From Lama guanicoe (lineage: Eukaryota): a stretch of 64,000 nt of DNA. The DNA lies in NCBI GenBank assembly GCA_013239625.1, contig MU054323.1, forward strand, positions 19,052,819-19,116,818, in the 5' to 3' direction. Below are positions 37,361-49,100 of this stretch, piece after piece (positions within the stretch are counted from its first letter, which is position 1; each line of letters opens with the position of its first letter). The notes beneath the pieces are model-generated. The model saw only the letters and a list, made by a program, of their open reading frames with translations, ran no database searches and was not told where the DNA came from. The position numbers and the translations under genes were made by a program.

Positions 37361-39169
37361 ATAATTTTACCAAGAATGAGCTTAGAGGTTAAATTTTCCC
37401 AAGAGCCTCCAGACCAGCCTTCATTCTCACCACCATCTTGACTTCATCCTTACAGTAACCTGAGTAATGCCTTGACCCTCATCCTTGGAGTACACTGTAA
37501 TACCTCAATGTATCCCTGTAATACCCAGAAAACACCATTTGTCTTCCTTTTCCATAGCCCACTATTCCAAGGCGTTTATTACCCTCATCTCACCCAGAAT
37601 CTCCCAGATAATACCCTAGGCAGAGCAGTCTCTCTCAATGTAGAATACGTATTTTACACCCCTCCCTCCTTTCTTCTAAACCTTCAGATTTGGCTTGAAA
37701 ACAATAAATAATAAATAAAATTAACACTATCATGCTATTGAGAAATTCGTTAAAATCTAATTTCTAAGTATTAAATGTTTAAATGACAGAGATCGTAGAG
37801 TAAGGACCCTTTTAAGTGGGAAGGGCCTTCAGAGAGGCTTCCTTCTTGAGTTCTTAATAGCATGTCATACAAGAAAGTATCTCTGGGTGTCAAATGCTAA
37901 GGCTTCTTCCAGTAGGCACCTGAGTGCCCACACACACAGACACCCCCGTCAGCCTTGTGAGCCCCACTGAATGCAGTGAGGCAAGACACCACATTACAGA
38001 GATGCCCTCATGGCTTTCCAGTCTAAATTATACATTTTCATCAAGGGATATAGTGAATCTCATGGAGGCCCCATTCCTTATTTGGGGTGAGAAATTTTTT
38101 GCGATTAAGGTTTAAATAGCGTATGCTCTTATATATTGATCCAGTCAAAACTAGCATCTTTAAACATCTTTAAATCTTTGTCTCCTCTTCAGCAGACACA
38201 AAATCTGAGTGGTAGACAGAGACAACAATGATTATATCAGCAAGAAGTCTCTGAACTATTTTAATGAAAATGAAACTTTGGTGTTTGCAGAAGACTAGAA
38301 GGAATCGTTCGGTTTTCTCTCTACTTAAGCTCTTGTATTGATGTTATGGTTGTCACAGAGAGCAGTCCTCAATGATTATTTACCATGTTTCTGAGCAGTC
38401 AGAAGATAAGTAGAAACCTTTAAATATTTTGAAAGTAGATTCAAGTGTTAGTGATAGAACCTGAAAGGATCTAGTGTCTTTCCATGAGTCTTTGAGGAAG
38501 TATCGCTTAGCAACACTTTAAGACTTGTTTCTGTTCTTAAAACATGTAAAAGATATTTTGTGTTGCAAATATTGTATCTATGTTGAATATCTCGCTTTTT
38601 GCCCTTAGCTGCAATAATAATTTAACCAAAAGAGTAATTTTCAAAAAGAAACATAAATAGTTGAGTTTGATGAAATGGACATTTTAATTTACACATATTC
38701 CTTCCTAGTTTTCCCCCAATGCTTACATACATACTTAATTTCAATTACAGTAAGTGTATGATATTGCTGTTTTTTGGTTACTTAATATTCTGTCAATCAT
38801 TTTTCATGCCTCCATGGTCATTATAATTTTTACTCTAGTGACTTTTTTTGTTTGCTTTTTTCACCATTATAGATAAATTTACCATAATATTTGGGGATTT
38901 AAAAAAATCTATTGAATTTATTATATGAGGAGATGGGGGGAAATATGAAAGGAACTGGCTTGGGGAGAAGAAATAAATAGCTACTTGGGTCATGTTGATT
39001 TTGAGTCAGATACTCAGTGGGAAGTCCAGGTGGGCTATTGAATGTACAGGTCTGAAGCTCAAGGGAAAATTTAGGCTGGGGCGTGAGAAGGAGTGGGCTT
39101 ATTTACCAGCCAGACTTGGAAAAGGTAGTGAGGTGGCTGTTCCCAGAGTGAAACACGGTGCCTGAGGCA

Positions 39170-39410
39170 CTGGAGGACAGTAGCTCTTAAGAATCCAGGC
39201 TCTTAACTACTGTCTACATTCAGATTCTGGCTTCTCCACTTACCCATGGTGAGATATCTCCTAATCTATAAAGTTGTGGAAGTTCTAAATTGAAAGTTGT
39301 AACTACCTTGTAGGATTGTTGTGAAAATTAAATAAAGTACTCCTTTAAAGCACCTATTGTGAAGTATGGCTGATTGTAACCCTTTAATATATATCTCTCA
39401 CTAATTATTA
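39170..39410 (+). mobile_element. MIR SINE
   Basis: 'ttcagattctggcttctccacttac...taccttgtaggattgttgtgaaaattaaataa'. Confidence 0.75.
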
Positions 39411-39482
39411 CTGCTGCTACTCCATGTTCATGGGCAGCTTAACACGGCTGAATAATAAAAGCCAACATGCTGACTCACCTTT

Positions 39483-40240
39483 TGTTTTCTCTTTTTATTG
39501 AAGTATAATTCATTTACAGTATTGTGTTACTTTTAGGTGTACAGCAAAGTGATTTGGCTATACATATACATACATTTATCTATATTCCTTTTTGATTCTT
39601 TTCCATTATGTAAGTTATTAAATATAGTTCCCTATACTATATAGTAAATCCTTGTTGTTTATCTATTTTATATATGATAGTATGCATCTGTTAATTCCAC
39701 ACTCCCAATTTATCCCTCTAATTGATCCTTCCTCTTTGGGAACCATAAGTTTGTTTTCTATGTCTGGGAGTCTGTTTTGTTTTGTAAGTAAGTTCATTTG
39801 TACTATTTATTACATTCCACATGTAAGTGATACATAACATGTGTCTTTGTCTGACTTCACTTAGTATGATAGTCTCCAGGTCTATCCTTGTCGCTGCAAA
39901 CGGCATTATTCTTTTTTTGTGGCAGAGGGATATTCTATTGTATATATATATCACATCTTCTTTTATCCAGTCATCTATGGGTAGGTTGCCTCCATGTCTT
40001 GGCTATTGTAAATAGTGCTGCTGTGAACATTGAGGTGCATGTATCTTTTAGAATTAGAGCTTTCATCTTTTCCAGATATATGTCCAGGAGTGGGATTGCT
40101 GGATCACAGGGTGACTCTACTTTTAGGTTTTTAAGGAAACGCCATACTGCCAAAGCAATCCTGAGGAGAAAGAGCAAAGCTGGAAGTATAACCCTTCCAG
40201 ACTTCAGACAAAACACTACAAAGCTACGGTAATCAAAACA
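39483..40240 (-). mobile_element. Cetartiodactyl-type L1 3' end with an inverted 5' segment (40149-40240 on +)
   Basis: Minus strand ORF2 C-terminus (VWRFLKNLKVESPCDPAIPLLDIY...FTAALFTIAKTWRQP) abuts a plus strand ORF2 piece (AKAILRRKSKAGSITLPDFRQ). Confidence 0.92.
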
Positions 40241-40519
40241 TCTCAACTTTAATTTCATGATCACTGGCCTCCATGGGCCCTTGGTGCCGCTCGTTGTATT
40301 TGCCTAGTCCAGTCACTCTGTCATGCTCCTCGATCACGGTTTTATAACTTAAAAAATGCACTTTATTTGCTTTTCCTACCTTGAGATAACGGGCCCAGGG
40401 TGATGGCCTTCCTGATTAATTCATGGTTTCCTTCCCGCCTCTCTGGATGTCTGGTTCTCAACAGTCTTCTCAGAATCTAAAATCTCCATTCTTCCTGCCC
40501 CATCTTTGCTCCCAGGTGC

Positions 40520-40945
40520 CTGGTCCTTGCTGTCTCCGATTTCTCTCCTCTTGAACCCACTTCAGTCGGGACTTTGCCTCAGCACTCCTTTAAACTTGCT
40601 CTTGTAGGGCTTGCCAAGGATCTCCACTTCGTTCACTCAGTGATCAACTGTTAGATCTTGTTTTACTCTAAATTTCAGAGTGGTTTGTCATAGTTATTCA
40701 TATCTTCATTTCTGTATGGTCTGAGTTCTTTTTTACCGAACTGTTCCTTCCATTTCAATCTCTTTCCCTGTTTTTCTCTTCATCATCTTGCTGACTTTTA
40801 AATATTGATCTTCCCTTGGCTTAGCCTTCAACACTTATATTCTCTAGATACACTTGTTACCTTGGTAATTTTATAACGTTCTATGGTGTTGAATACTCTG
40901 TATACTCTGAAGACTCCCACATTTATATCGCTATTTTCAGCTCTA
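40520..40945 (+). mobile_element. L2 ORF2 region fragment
   Basis: 'cttgaacccacttcagtcgggactttgcc...aaacttgctcttg...ccaaggatctccactt...gactcccacatttatatc'. Confidence 0.75.
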
Positions 40946-42909
40946 TTATGCATCTGTAATAAAAATTCATCAAATCACCATGTTCAGAGTTTTATGTAAT
41001 AGCTAACTTCTGGCCAAATTTGCAGAGTCAGCTCATCTCTGACAATAAAAGCACTTTTGTCCATGATCAATCACTGAAGGTGAATTCTCTACGATAAAGA
41101 AGAGTTGGTTTCTAATGGCCAAGAAGTTATCACTAAGATGTTCTTTTTTTCCCAAATAAGATTCCCAAGACATAATTAGAAATATTTATGCCTGGGAATA
41201 AAACTAGCAAAAATGGCTGTGTACTCCATTCACATAAAGGTACGCTGCTCTGTTATTTTATCCTCTTCTTTTCCCACCACAGTAGTGTGCCTTCTCAATG
41301 CACACACATGGACATACCTACCTGCTGGGCCAGTGGAACTGGGGAGCATAGGTGGACTAACAGAACATGCTTGTTTGTACTAATCCCAGTTATGGTGGGT
41401 GGTGGAGCTGGGACACTCCTGTGGATGTGACATAGTTTGGGGCTGGAAGTTGTGGTTCAGTCTTCTGGAAACCAGTGTAAACTTACCTGATTGGCTTATC
41501 CCGCCCCCTCCAGGTCAGGCATGGCACTTTCTTCCTGCATCTCACAACGTCAAAACCATCCCTATCTGCTCTGTGTTTTTGCCATCTCGTTAATGTTCAC
41601 ACCCTGTCATCTCTTCTCCAGGACATCCTTTTCTTGTCTTTTCATTTTTTTAAGGTGTGGCTTGTGATCAGTCTGGCCTGTGAAGATTTCCTAGCCTTGA
41701 ACAGTCGAAGAATTTCTTCCTTTTCCCAGAACAGTGTGGTACTTAGGTGGCCATAGCTCAGAATGTATTTCAAGCACACTGAAAAACTTTCCCTATGTGG
41801 TAACGGCTCAGACCACATTTCGTTATCTGAATTCTCCACAGCAAATGTTTGTCTGAATAATTGATCTACTAACTGAGGATGGAATCTAATATTTATCATT
41901 TTATCCAGGTTTAATGTTCTGAAACTACTGATTTTACTGGAAAGTTTGTAAGTAGCTTTTCAAAAATGCATTTCTCTATCTTGTTTTGAAGTCTGCCAAT
42001 TTATTTTTATAACTCATTACTTATTTTCACACTTGGCATTAAAATTCTAGATTTAGTAGAGAAAAATTGATTTTTAAAGTATGTCTATAGTTTGAGTTTT
42101 ATGCTTTAGTATAACAGTTTATATTATATAACAAATATTATTTAAGTGGGCTGATTAATATAAGGCTAATTCAATATTCACATAGAATATTATGCTCTGG
42201 CAGAAAAGTACTTGGATAGTCTGTAATAGACTATGGTCCTAAAAGTGTCATCTCTGCCTGAAGTCAGCATTTTGAAATATCTACAATTGTGGCTTCTGCA
42301 AGGATTTTCCAGAGGCATACTCACAGATTTGCATATAATTTGTATGTTTTTAGTGACATTGAACTCCAGCCTTAGGTATTGTCCTCATTAAAGTTTTGTC
42401 AGTGTTCTTCCCAAGGTCATTTTTGGGTTTCTTTTTTTCTTTTTCAAGTCGGTTCAAAAAAATTGGTCTAAATGCACTAAGCAGTGATTCTCAAGTTTGC
42501 TAAACTATCTACACCACTTGAGACACTAGTAGCAGTGGTTAATACCACATTGAGAGGAGAGGAAGACAGAGAGGGAGAAAAAGAGGAGGAGAGAAGGTAA
42601 AGACTCTTAAAAGCGTGTAACATTTGAGTTAACTCTGCTCACAGTGTTTGGGGTCTGTAATATTTAATTTCTTCAGTTTCATTGGTCCAATCTGTGAATA
42701 CCTGATAGTTTGACCTGCCTAATTAGTGGAACATCAATATGGATAACTGGATATCAATTATAATATTCCTGCTTTTACATTATGAGTTACACTAAATTAT
42801 AAAATCTTGACCTCTGATCCTTGGGTTTATTCTTTCTACTCCCCTCTCCAGCTCGTATATCGCTCCTGGATTGCACTTGATAACTATTTGTTGACTGAAT
42901 GAATGAATC

Positions 42910-43080
42910 TCATTTGGAGGTTGACTGATTCTGTGGTTTAAGCAATATGGCATCCTAGAAAGAATTTGGAATTTGCACTCGGATATCCTAAGTTCGAATA
43001 CCAACCCTACCACTTAATAACTGTTGCATTAAGCAAATTATTTTAGTCTGAGGCTTATTTCTTACTTCAAGCAAATGTCC
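42910..43080 (+). mobile_element. MIR remnant following an L2 tail
   Basis: L2 tail 'tttgttgactgaatgaatgaat', then 'cctaagttcgaatacc...accacttaataactg...aagcaaattatttt'. Confidence 0.65.
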
Positions 43081-43478
43081 CTGAGAGGGGAAAGGTAGTT
43101 ACCTATTGTCATCTATTTCTTCTTTCTTGGCATCCATTTGTCTGCTAACCAGTATCCTGTTCTTCCTCAGGATAAGGTAATCTCTTCTGTAAAATGAGTC
43201 TGCTTTGTTTTCATGACCTTCGAGAAGGATGAAGCTTACATTTCAGTTACTAAACACTTTCCCCTTGCAAAGCTGTCATTTTTCCTACTCCGTCCCCACC
43301 AGCTCAGTGAAAAGGAAAACAATGGAAGTAAAACTTGCAAAAAAGAGTTTTGTAACATTACTCAAAGAATACTGGCTCTAGGAAGGGGAACAGGTAAACT
43401 GTGCCTAGTAAATTATGCCCACTGAATCATTTTCTGGCTAAAGTTAATGGCTTTCAGGACAGAAGTCTGTGCTTATTG

Positions 43479-43537
43479 AAGAAGAAGAAGGAAAGGAGAA
43501 AGGAGGACGAGGAGGAGGAGGAGAAAAAGAAAAAGGA
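43479..43537. repeat. Purine-rich (GAA/GAG)n low-complexity tract
   Basis: Directly visible. Confidence 0.9.
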
Positions 43538-45245
43538 CGTTTATTCTAGTGATACTCTTTTTAATGACACTGTAAAGTTTGGGGTCCATTTTTTAAGAAT
43601 AATGCTTCAGAGTGTTTGAGGCAATGATTAAAATCATGGAGGCACTGATGATCGGAGTGGCTGAGAGATCTGTGAGAAGATAGAAGGGAAAGCCAAAATT
43701 GCTATTCTCCTCCCACATGAGATTTTTTAAAAACTGATCTTTGCTTATACAGGACATTTATTTTACAAGACTGTTCATCTCAAAGATGGAAACACTCAGG
43801 GTGTTTGAGGCCCTGTGACTTCTATTTCCCCTGGTGGCCCACATTCAGTGACTGAACTGATTGGAAACCTGACCTGCTCTTCCTCAAATCTGTTAACCCC
43901 TCTGGACTGTAAATGAGAAATCCAGCTATGACAACCGTCCAACTGTGGGGATTAGCGACATGGAGCTGGCAAAGCCTCCTTTTGAACTCCTTGAAATTAA
44001 CATGCAGATACGAGGTATTTGAAACTGACAGAAATGCTATATTTTGCTCCAAGAATTTAAAGTTCTTCCTGAAGCCAGGGATGTGACACATTTCTTGTAG
44101 CAATCTGCTTGTGATTCAAATTCAGAGGTGTGAATTTCTTTCTGATTCCTAATACATAATATGCAGATGGGGGAGTATGAGGAGATGCTTAAGGAGTTTT
44201 TTTCTTCCCTCCACAAAGTTATATTTGTTTACTATTGATGCTTTGATCACATACTTGGTAAGATACTGTTTTACTGGAGGAGGAGGATAAAAAAATCCTT
44301 GTATGATATTTAACTTTGTAATTTCCGATGTAACACGATCGAGCACAGCTGAGCAATTAAGTGACCACATCGATCTAAAACTATAGCTTAAGTCAAAAAA
44401 AAATCATTGCTGGTCACAAGCATTTATCCTCAGGCCTATGTTTTGGAAGAGGAAATGCTTTCAGCATTTGACATGCTTTGCTTTCTTCTTAACGCATTAA
44501 ATGGATTGGGCTTAAAAACTTGTTTGATGTGCCTTAGCCCTCCCTTCCCTCTGACCCTCCCTCATTTGTTATATTTTGTCTCAGCCAACTAACTTCTAGG
44601 TCAGTAATGAACCAGGGCTGGCAATTCCTAACTTGGCACAAAGCTCCAAGGGTTGACAACATGATTGAGACCTGTGACTACTGCAGATATATCTTTAAAA
44701 TGGATCATATATGTTGTGTAAATGGTATTTGATGGCCTTCACTGACTAAGAGGAACAAGAGCACTTGGCTTGGTGAAGAAATGGTAAATCTCCCCAGGAG
44801 TGTGACATTTTTGTGAGGCAGCCTGGAACCAGCTGCACATTAATCATGTCAAGCAAGTCACCATGTACCTTTTATCTTCTTTCTGTTGCTCTTTTTCATT
44901 TAAGCTGATTTCTTTAATTACCCCTGCAAAAAGAGGGGAAAAACCTTTACCTCATTTAATTTAGTGTTTTATCTGACAATTTCCTAACAGAAACCCTAAC
45001 GTATTTGAGCCTAGGGAGATAAGCAGTGAAATTCCTCAGTGCTAAGAACAGAAAATGTTGCCACACAAGTTTCCTTGTTTTCAATAAGTAAAAGATTTTA
45101 CACCAAATTTAACTTCAATAATAAAAATACAAAAGAACATCCAGATTTTTCATCTTTCTGGAAGGCTAGTTTTTTCATTGCTAAAGTAAATGGAAATTTC
45201 TGGCGTCACAGAAATGAATGAGGATAATGGGCAGCACCTCATTGT

Positions 45246-45460
45246 TTCTTTTTATTGAAGTTTAGTTGATTTACAATGTTGTCAGTTTCTGGTGCACAGC
45301 ATAGTGAGTCAGTTATACATATGTATATTTCTTTTCACATTCTTTTTCATCATAGATTATTATAAGATATTGAATGGAGGTCCCTGTACTTTACAGTAGG
45401 TCCTTATTGTTTATCTATTTTATATAGAACAGTTCGTATCTGCTAACCCTCAACTCCTAA
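45246..45460 (-). mobile_element. 5'-truncated cetartiodactyl-type L1 3' end
   Basis: 'tttttattgaagtttagttgatttacaatgttgt...cagttatacatat...agtaggtccttattgtttatctattttatata'. Confidence 0.88.
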
Positions 45461-46760
45461 TTGTCGTTGAATGCCATAAAACATGGAAGGCGTGTTAGGG
45501 AAATTTCCCCTCCTGTTGATTTCGGTGATGGTTCTGTTGGTAGAGGCGAGGAGGAGGCCTCCGTTGCCATTCGTGGTTGTATTTCAGTACCAGATAAAAA
45601 ACTTGTTGAAAACTTTATACCTCAACTGGAGATAGAAGGCTTTTGAAATGCCTTAGCTATTAACCAATATTGTCATACAAAAGGCGAGCTTTAGTCTCTG
45701 AGTTAGAACTGCATAGAAAGATTCAAAGCAATTGTCACAATAATTTCTTCATGAAACAAAGTGTAGAAACCATGAGAAGATGATCACAGGCTTTGCTTAG
45801 TTGGAGAATGCACATTTCATGTGGATGGAAACGGTGCCCAGTGCAGCAGCAATGGGATCAGTGCAAGTCCAGTACGAGACAGTGGATACACTTGTCGAGA
45901 AAAACTGGAGAAAAACACGCCTGATAGAGTCTATTTACAAGTAAAATATTTTACTTTAAGATAACTCTAAACCACTTAAATGCAGGGGTTTCTTTGAAGG
46001 CAAATGATCATGCTGTTTATTATCTGAGTTCTGGAATCTACAAGAGTCAATGAGGGAAAAAGAAACACTAGGATGGTAGCCTCAGTGCTTTAGCAAAGGT
46101 TATTGATGTTAGAGAAGTATATTTGAGAGCTCTAGGCAAGCTTTGATACCAATCAATGTAAAATTTCAACAAAAGATCGATGTCTATGGTAATGTAAAAT
46201 TCCATAACTTGTTCTTATTGGCAATTTGAATGTGATGAATTTTTTCCTATTACTTGCCCTAAGAATTACCATAATTAAAATGTCAAGAATAGTTACTCAA
46301 GAATACCATTCCTTATATAAGGCTTTATTTTCTTTAAGATTTAAGAAGTTTTAACTCTGAGTCCTAAATGCTACAGGATGAGCCTGAAGCCTACACATTT
46401 TATGATCCTGTTAGCGACATGTAATGTAAGAAGAAAAAACTCAAAAAGCAAAATACAGGGGCATCTTTCTACTTGGTAGAGAAATATATTTGTTGCCATC
46501 TGTCATTAAATAGTTCTGATATGTGCTGGTATGACCCCCAGGGAGGGTCCCATTTTAGATGTTTGTTTAGGCTTTTGAAATTTTCTCCCGAGGAACTGGG
46601 ATCACTATTTATGTGATTTTGGTAGGCTTGTAGAGATGTAATTACTTCTTCCATTCAAATGTAAAACATACGTATATTAGAAAAGACATTCCTTTTAAAG
46701 CTGTTATTTGCAGAAGGTAACTCTGAAATCTAACTGTATTTGCTGTGAAGGGTTGGGCTT

Positions 46761-47727
46761 TTTTTTTTTTACATTGTTTTTATTGAGTTATAGTCATTTT
46801 ACGATGTTGTGTCAAATTCCAGTGTAGAGCACAATTTTTGTTATACAGAACATACATATATTCATTGTCACATTTTTTTTTTTTGCTGTGAGCTACCACA
46901 AGATCCTGTATATATTTCCCTATGCTATACAGTATAATCTTGCTTATCTATTCTACATTTTGAAATCTCGGTCTGTCCCTTCCCACCCCCTGCCCCCTTG
47001 GCAACCACAAGTTTGTATTCTATGTCTATGAGTCTGTTTCTGTTTTGTATTTTTTTTTTTTTTTTNNNNNNNNNNNNNNNNNNNNNNNNNNNNNNNNNNN
47101 NNNNNNNNNNNNNNNNNNNNNNNNNNNNNNNNNNNNNNNNNNNNNNNNNNNNNNNNNNNNNNNNNNNNNNNNNNNNNNNNNNNNNNNNNNNNNNNNNNNN
47201 NNNNNNNNNNNNNNNNNNNNNNNNNNNNNNNNNNNNNNNNNNNNNNNNNNNNNNNNNNNNNNNNNNNNNNNNNNNNNNNNNNNNNNNNNNNNNNNNNNNN
47301 NNNNNNNNNNNNNNNNNNNNNNNNNNNNNNNNNNNNNNNNNNNNNGCATTGGTCATTTGTGGACTTTTGAATGATGACCATTCTGACTGGTGTTGAGGTG
47401 ATACCTCATTATAGTTTTGATTTGCATTTCTCTGATAATTAGTGATAGTGAGCATTTTTCCATGTGCCTATTGATCATTTGTATTTCTTCCTTGGAAAGT
47501 TGTTTGTTTAGGTCTTTTGCCCATTTTTGGATTGGGTTGTTTGTTTTTTTCTTATTCAGTCGTATGAGCTGCTTACATATTCTGGAGATGAAGCCTTTGT
47601 CGGTTTCATTTGCAAAAATTTTCTCCCATTCTGTAGGTTGTCATTTTGTTTTACTTATGGTTTCTTTTCGTGTGCAGAAGCTTGTAAGTTTTATTAGGTC
47701 CCGTTTTTTAATCTAGTTTTTATTTCT
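46761..47727 (-). mobile_element. Young (camelid-type) L1 3' portion with TSD, spanning the assembly gap
   Basis: T tail; 3'UTR 'gtctgtcccttcccacc...ccccttggcaaccacaagtttgtattctatgtc'; ORF2 sequence after the gap; TSD gttgggctt at 46752-46760 and 47731-47739. Confidence 0.9.
47066..47345. other. Assembly gap (280 N)
   Basis: Run of N directly after a T homopolymer inside an L1. Confidence 1.
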
Positions 47728-48769
47728 AGAGTTGGGCTTCTTGCTTCTTTATACATCTCTGTTGACTTTAACTTGACGCTGGAAATGATGGGCAGTCTTT
47801 TGGTGCTTCTCTGTAGAGTTTCCTGCACGTAAAATGAAGAGAACAGCTGCCACCCACTCATTCCACATTGGAATGATTCATAAGAATCACACATGTAAAG
47901 ACCTTGCACAGTGCAGAAAAATGCTAGCTCAGCTGAAGCTATTATGGGAATGAAGGTTAATGCTTGTGTCTCTCTCCATAATAGCCAGCTGCTCTGTTGG
48001 CATGCACGTTCAATTCTCTATCACTTTACATTACTTTCTACCCTTGCAACCAAAACCACATATGTTTCCTGAAAAAATCTTAATGTAAAAATACTATTTT
48101 GTGAATAGATTGTTTTACAACAGAAACTAGGTAAGTATGTGAATATTAAGCCAGATCAATAAAGGGAGATAGGTTTCCTTACTAACAATTATGACATAAT
48201 TGAAGAGTGAGATTTCTGCACATTTCTGGTGGAAAGGGTTTGTTGGTTGGTTTGTATATCAGGAGACACTATTGGGCATGTCCCCATTTGTAGCACAGAA
48301 TTTGATTTTATTTTCAGTTGTAGCAATTTTGAGCCAGAAGGAAATCATGATATCCTGAGAAATGCTTTACAAATCCATTATTTCTACTGTTCTTTCTTGA
48401 TACAGAAACACAAGAAATTGTCTTGGAACAGTGGACGTATTTTCTTACTGGCTTAAAATCCTTGGCCAATTCTAGTGGAGCCTGAGGGGACAGAAACCCA
48501 AAGAGAATCCTGTTCTTAATAAAAATATGCCCAAGAGGAAGACATACTTTCCTTGTCCCAGGAGTTTTCTGAAGGATGAGGATCCAACTTTGAAGATACA
48601 ATAAAAAATGATATGAAGCAAGACTTTGAGTTGGCAAATATGGCAATCAAAGGGATTGGATTAGTTTTTGTCCCATGGTATATACCCATTTTTAGTTTTA
48701 AAAAGGCATTTATATAAACTAGTATACTTTCAGTATGGAACTGGAGAAAAACACATAAAAGGAAAAGAT

Positions 48770-49100
48770 AAAAATTAAGATTTTCCATAATCCCACTCAG
48801 GGATAATCACTCTTAACATTTTGGTGATTGTATTTCTAGTCTTTGTTATATGTGTCTGTGTTATATGCATTCACAGAGTTGATTAATATATTACATAGGA
48901 CTATATTTTTAATTTTTTAAACTGTCTTTTCATGAGCTTTACCTCTTGCTATTTTTGTGTTTTAGTATTTTGGTAAACATCTTTTTTAAGGGATGCATAG
49001 TTCTGTATCATACGGATGGCTCCTCACCTTTGAAGAATACTTACTATCTCAAATCCTTGGATTCCAACTTTCCAGTTGAGCAAATATTTTTGCAAACTTA
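48770..49100 (-). mobile_element. Old L1ME-like 3' fragment
   Basis: 'ccataatcccactcagggataatcactcttaacattttggtg...tttttaagggatgcatagttctgt'. Confidence 0.6.

Noticed and set aside
43401..43619. Lys/Glu-rich ORF
   Set aside because: Translation of a GAA/GAG low-complexity tract.
43823..43840. CTCF-like CCACCAGGGG on the minus strand
   Set aside because: Lacks the essential downstream GGC (reads AAAT).
46925..47455. Longest ORFs (107-176 aa)
   Set aside because: Artefacts of translating through the 280-N gap.
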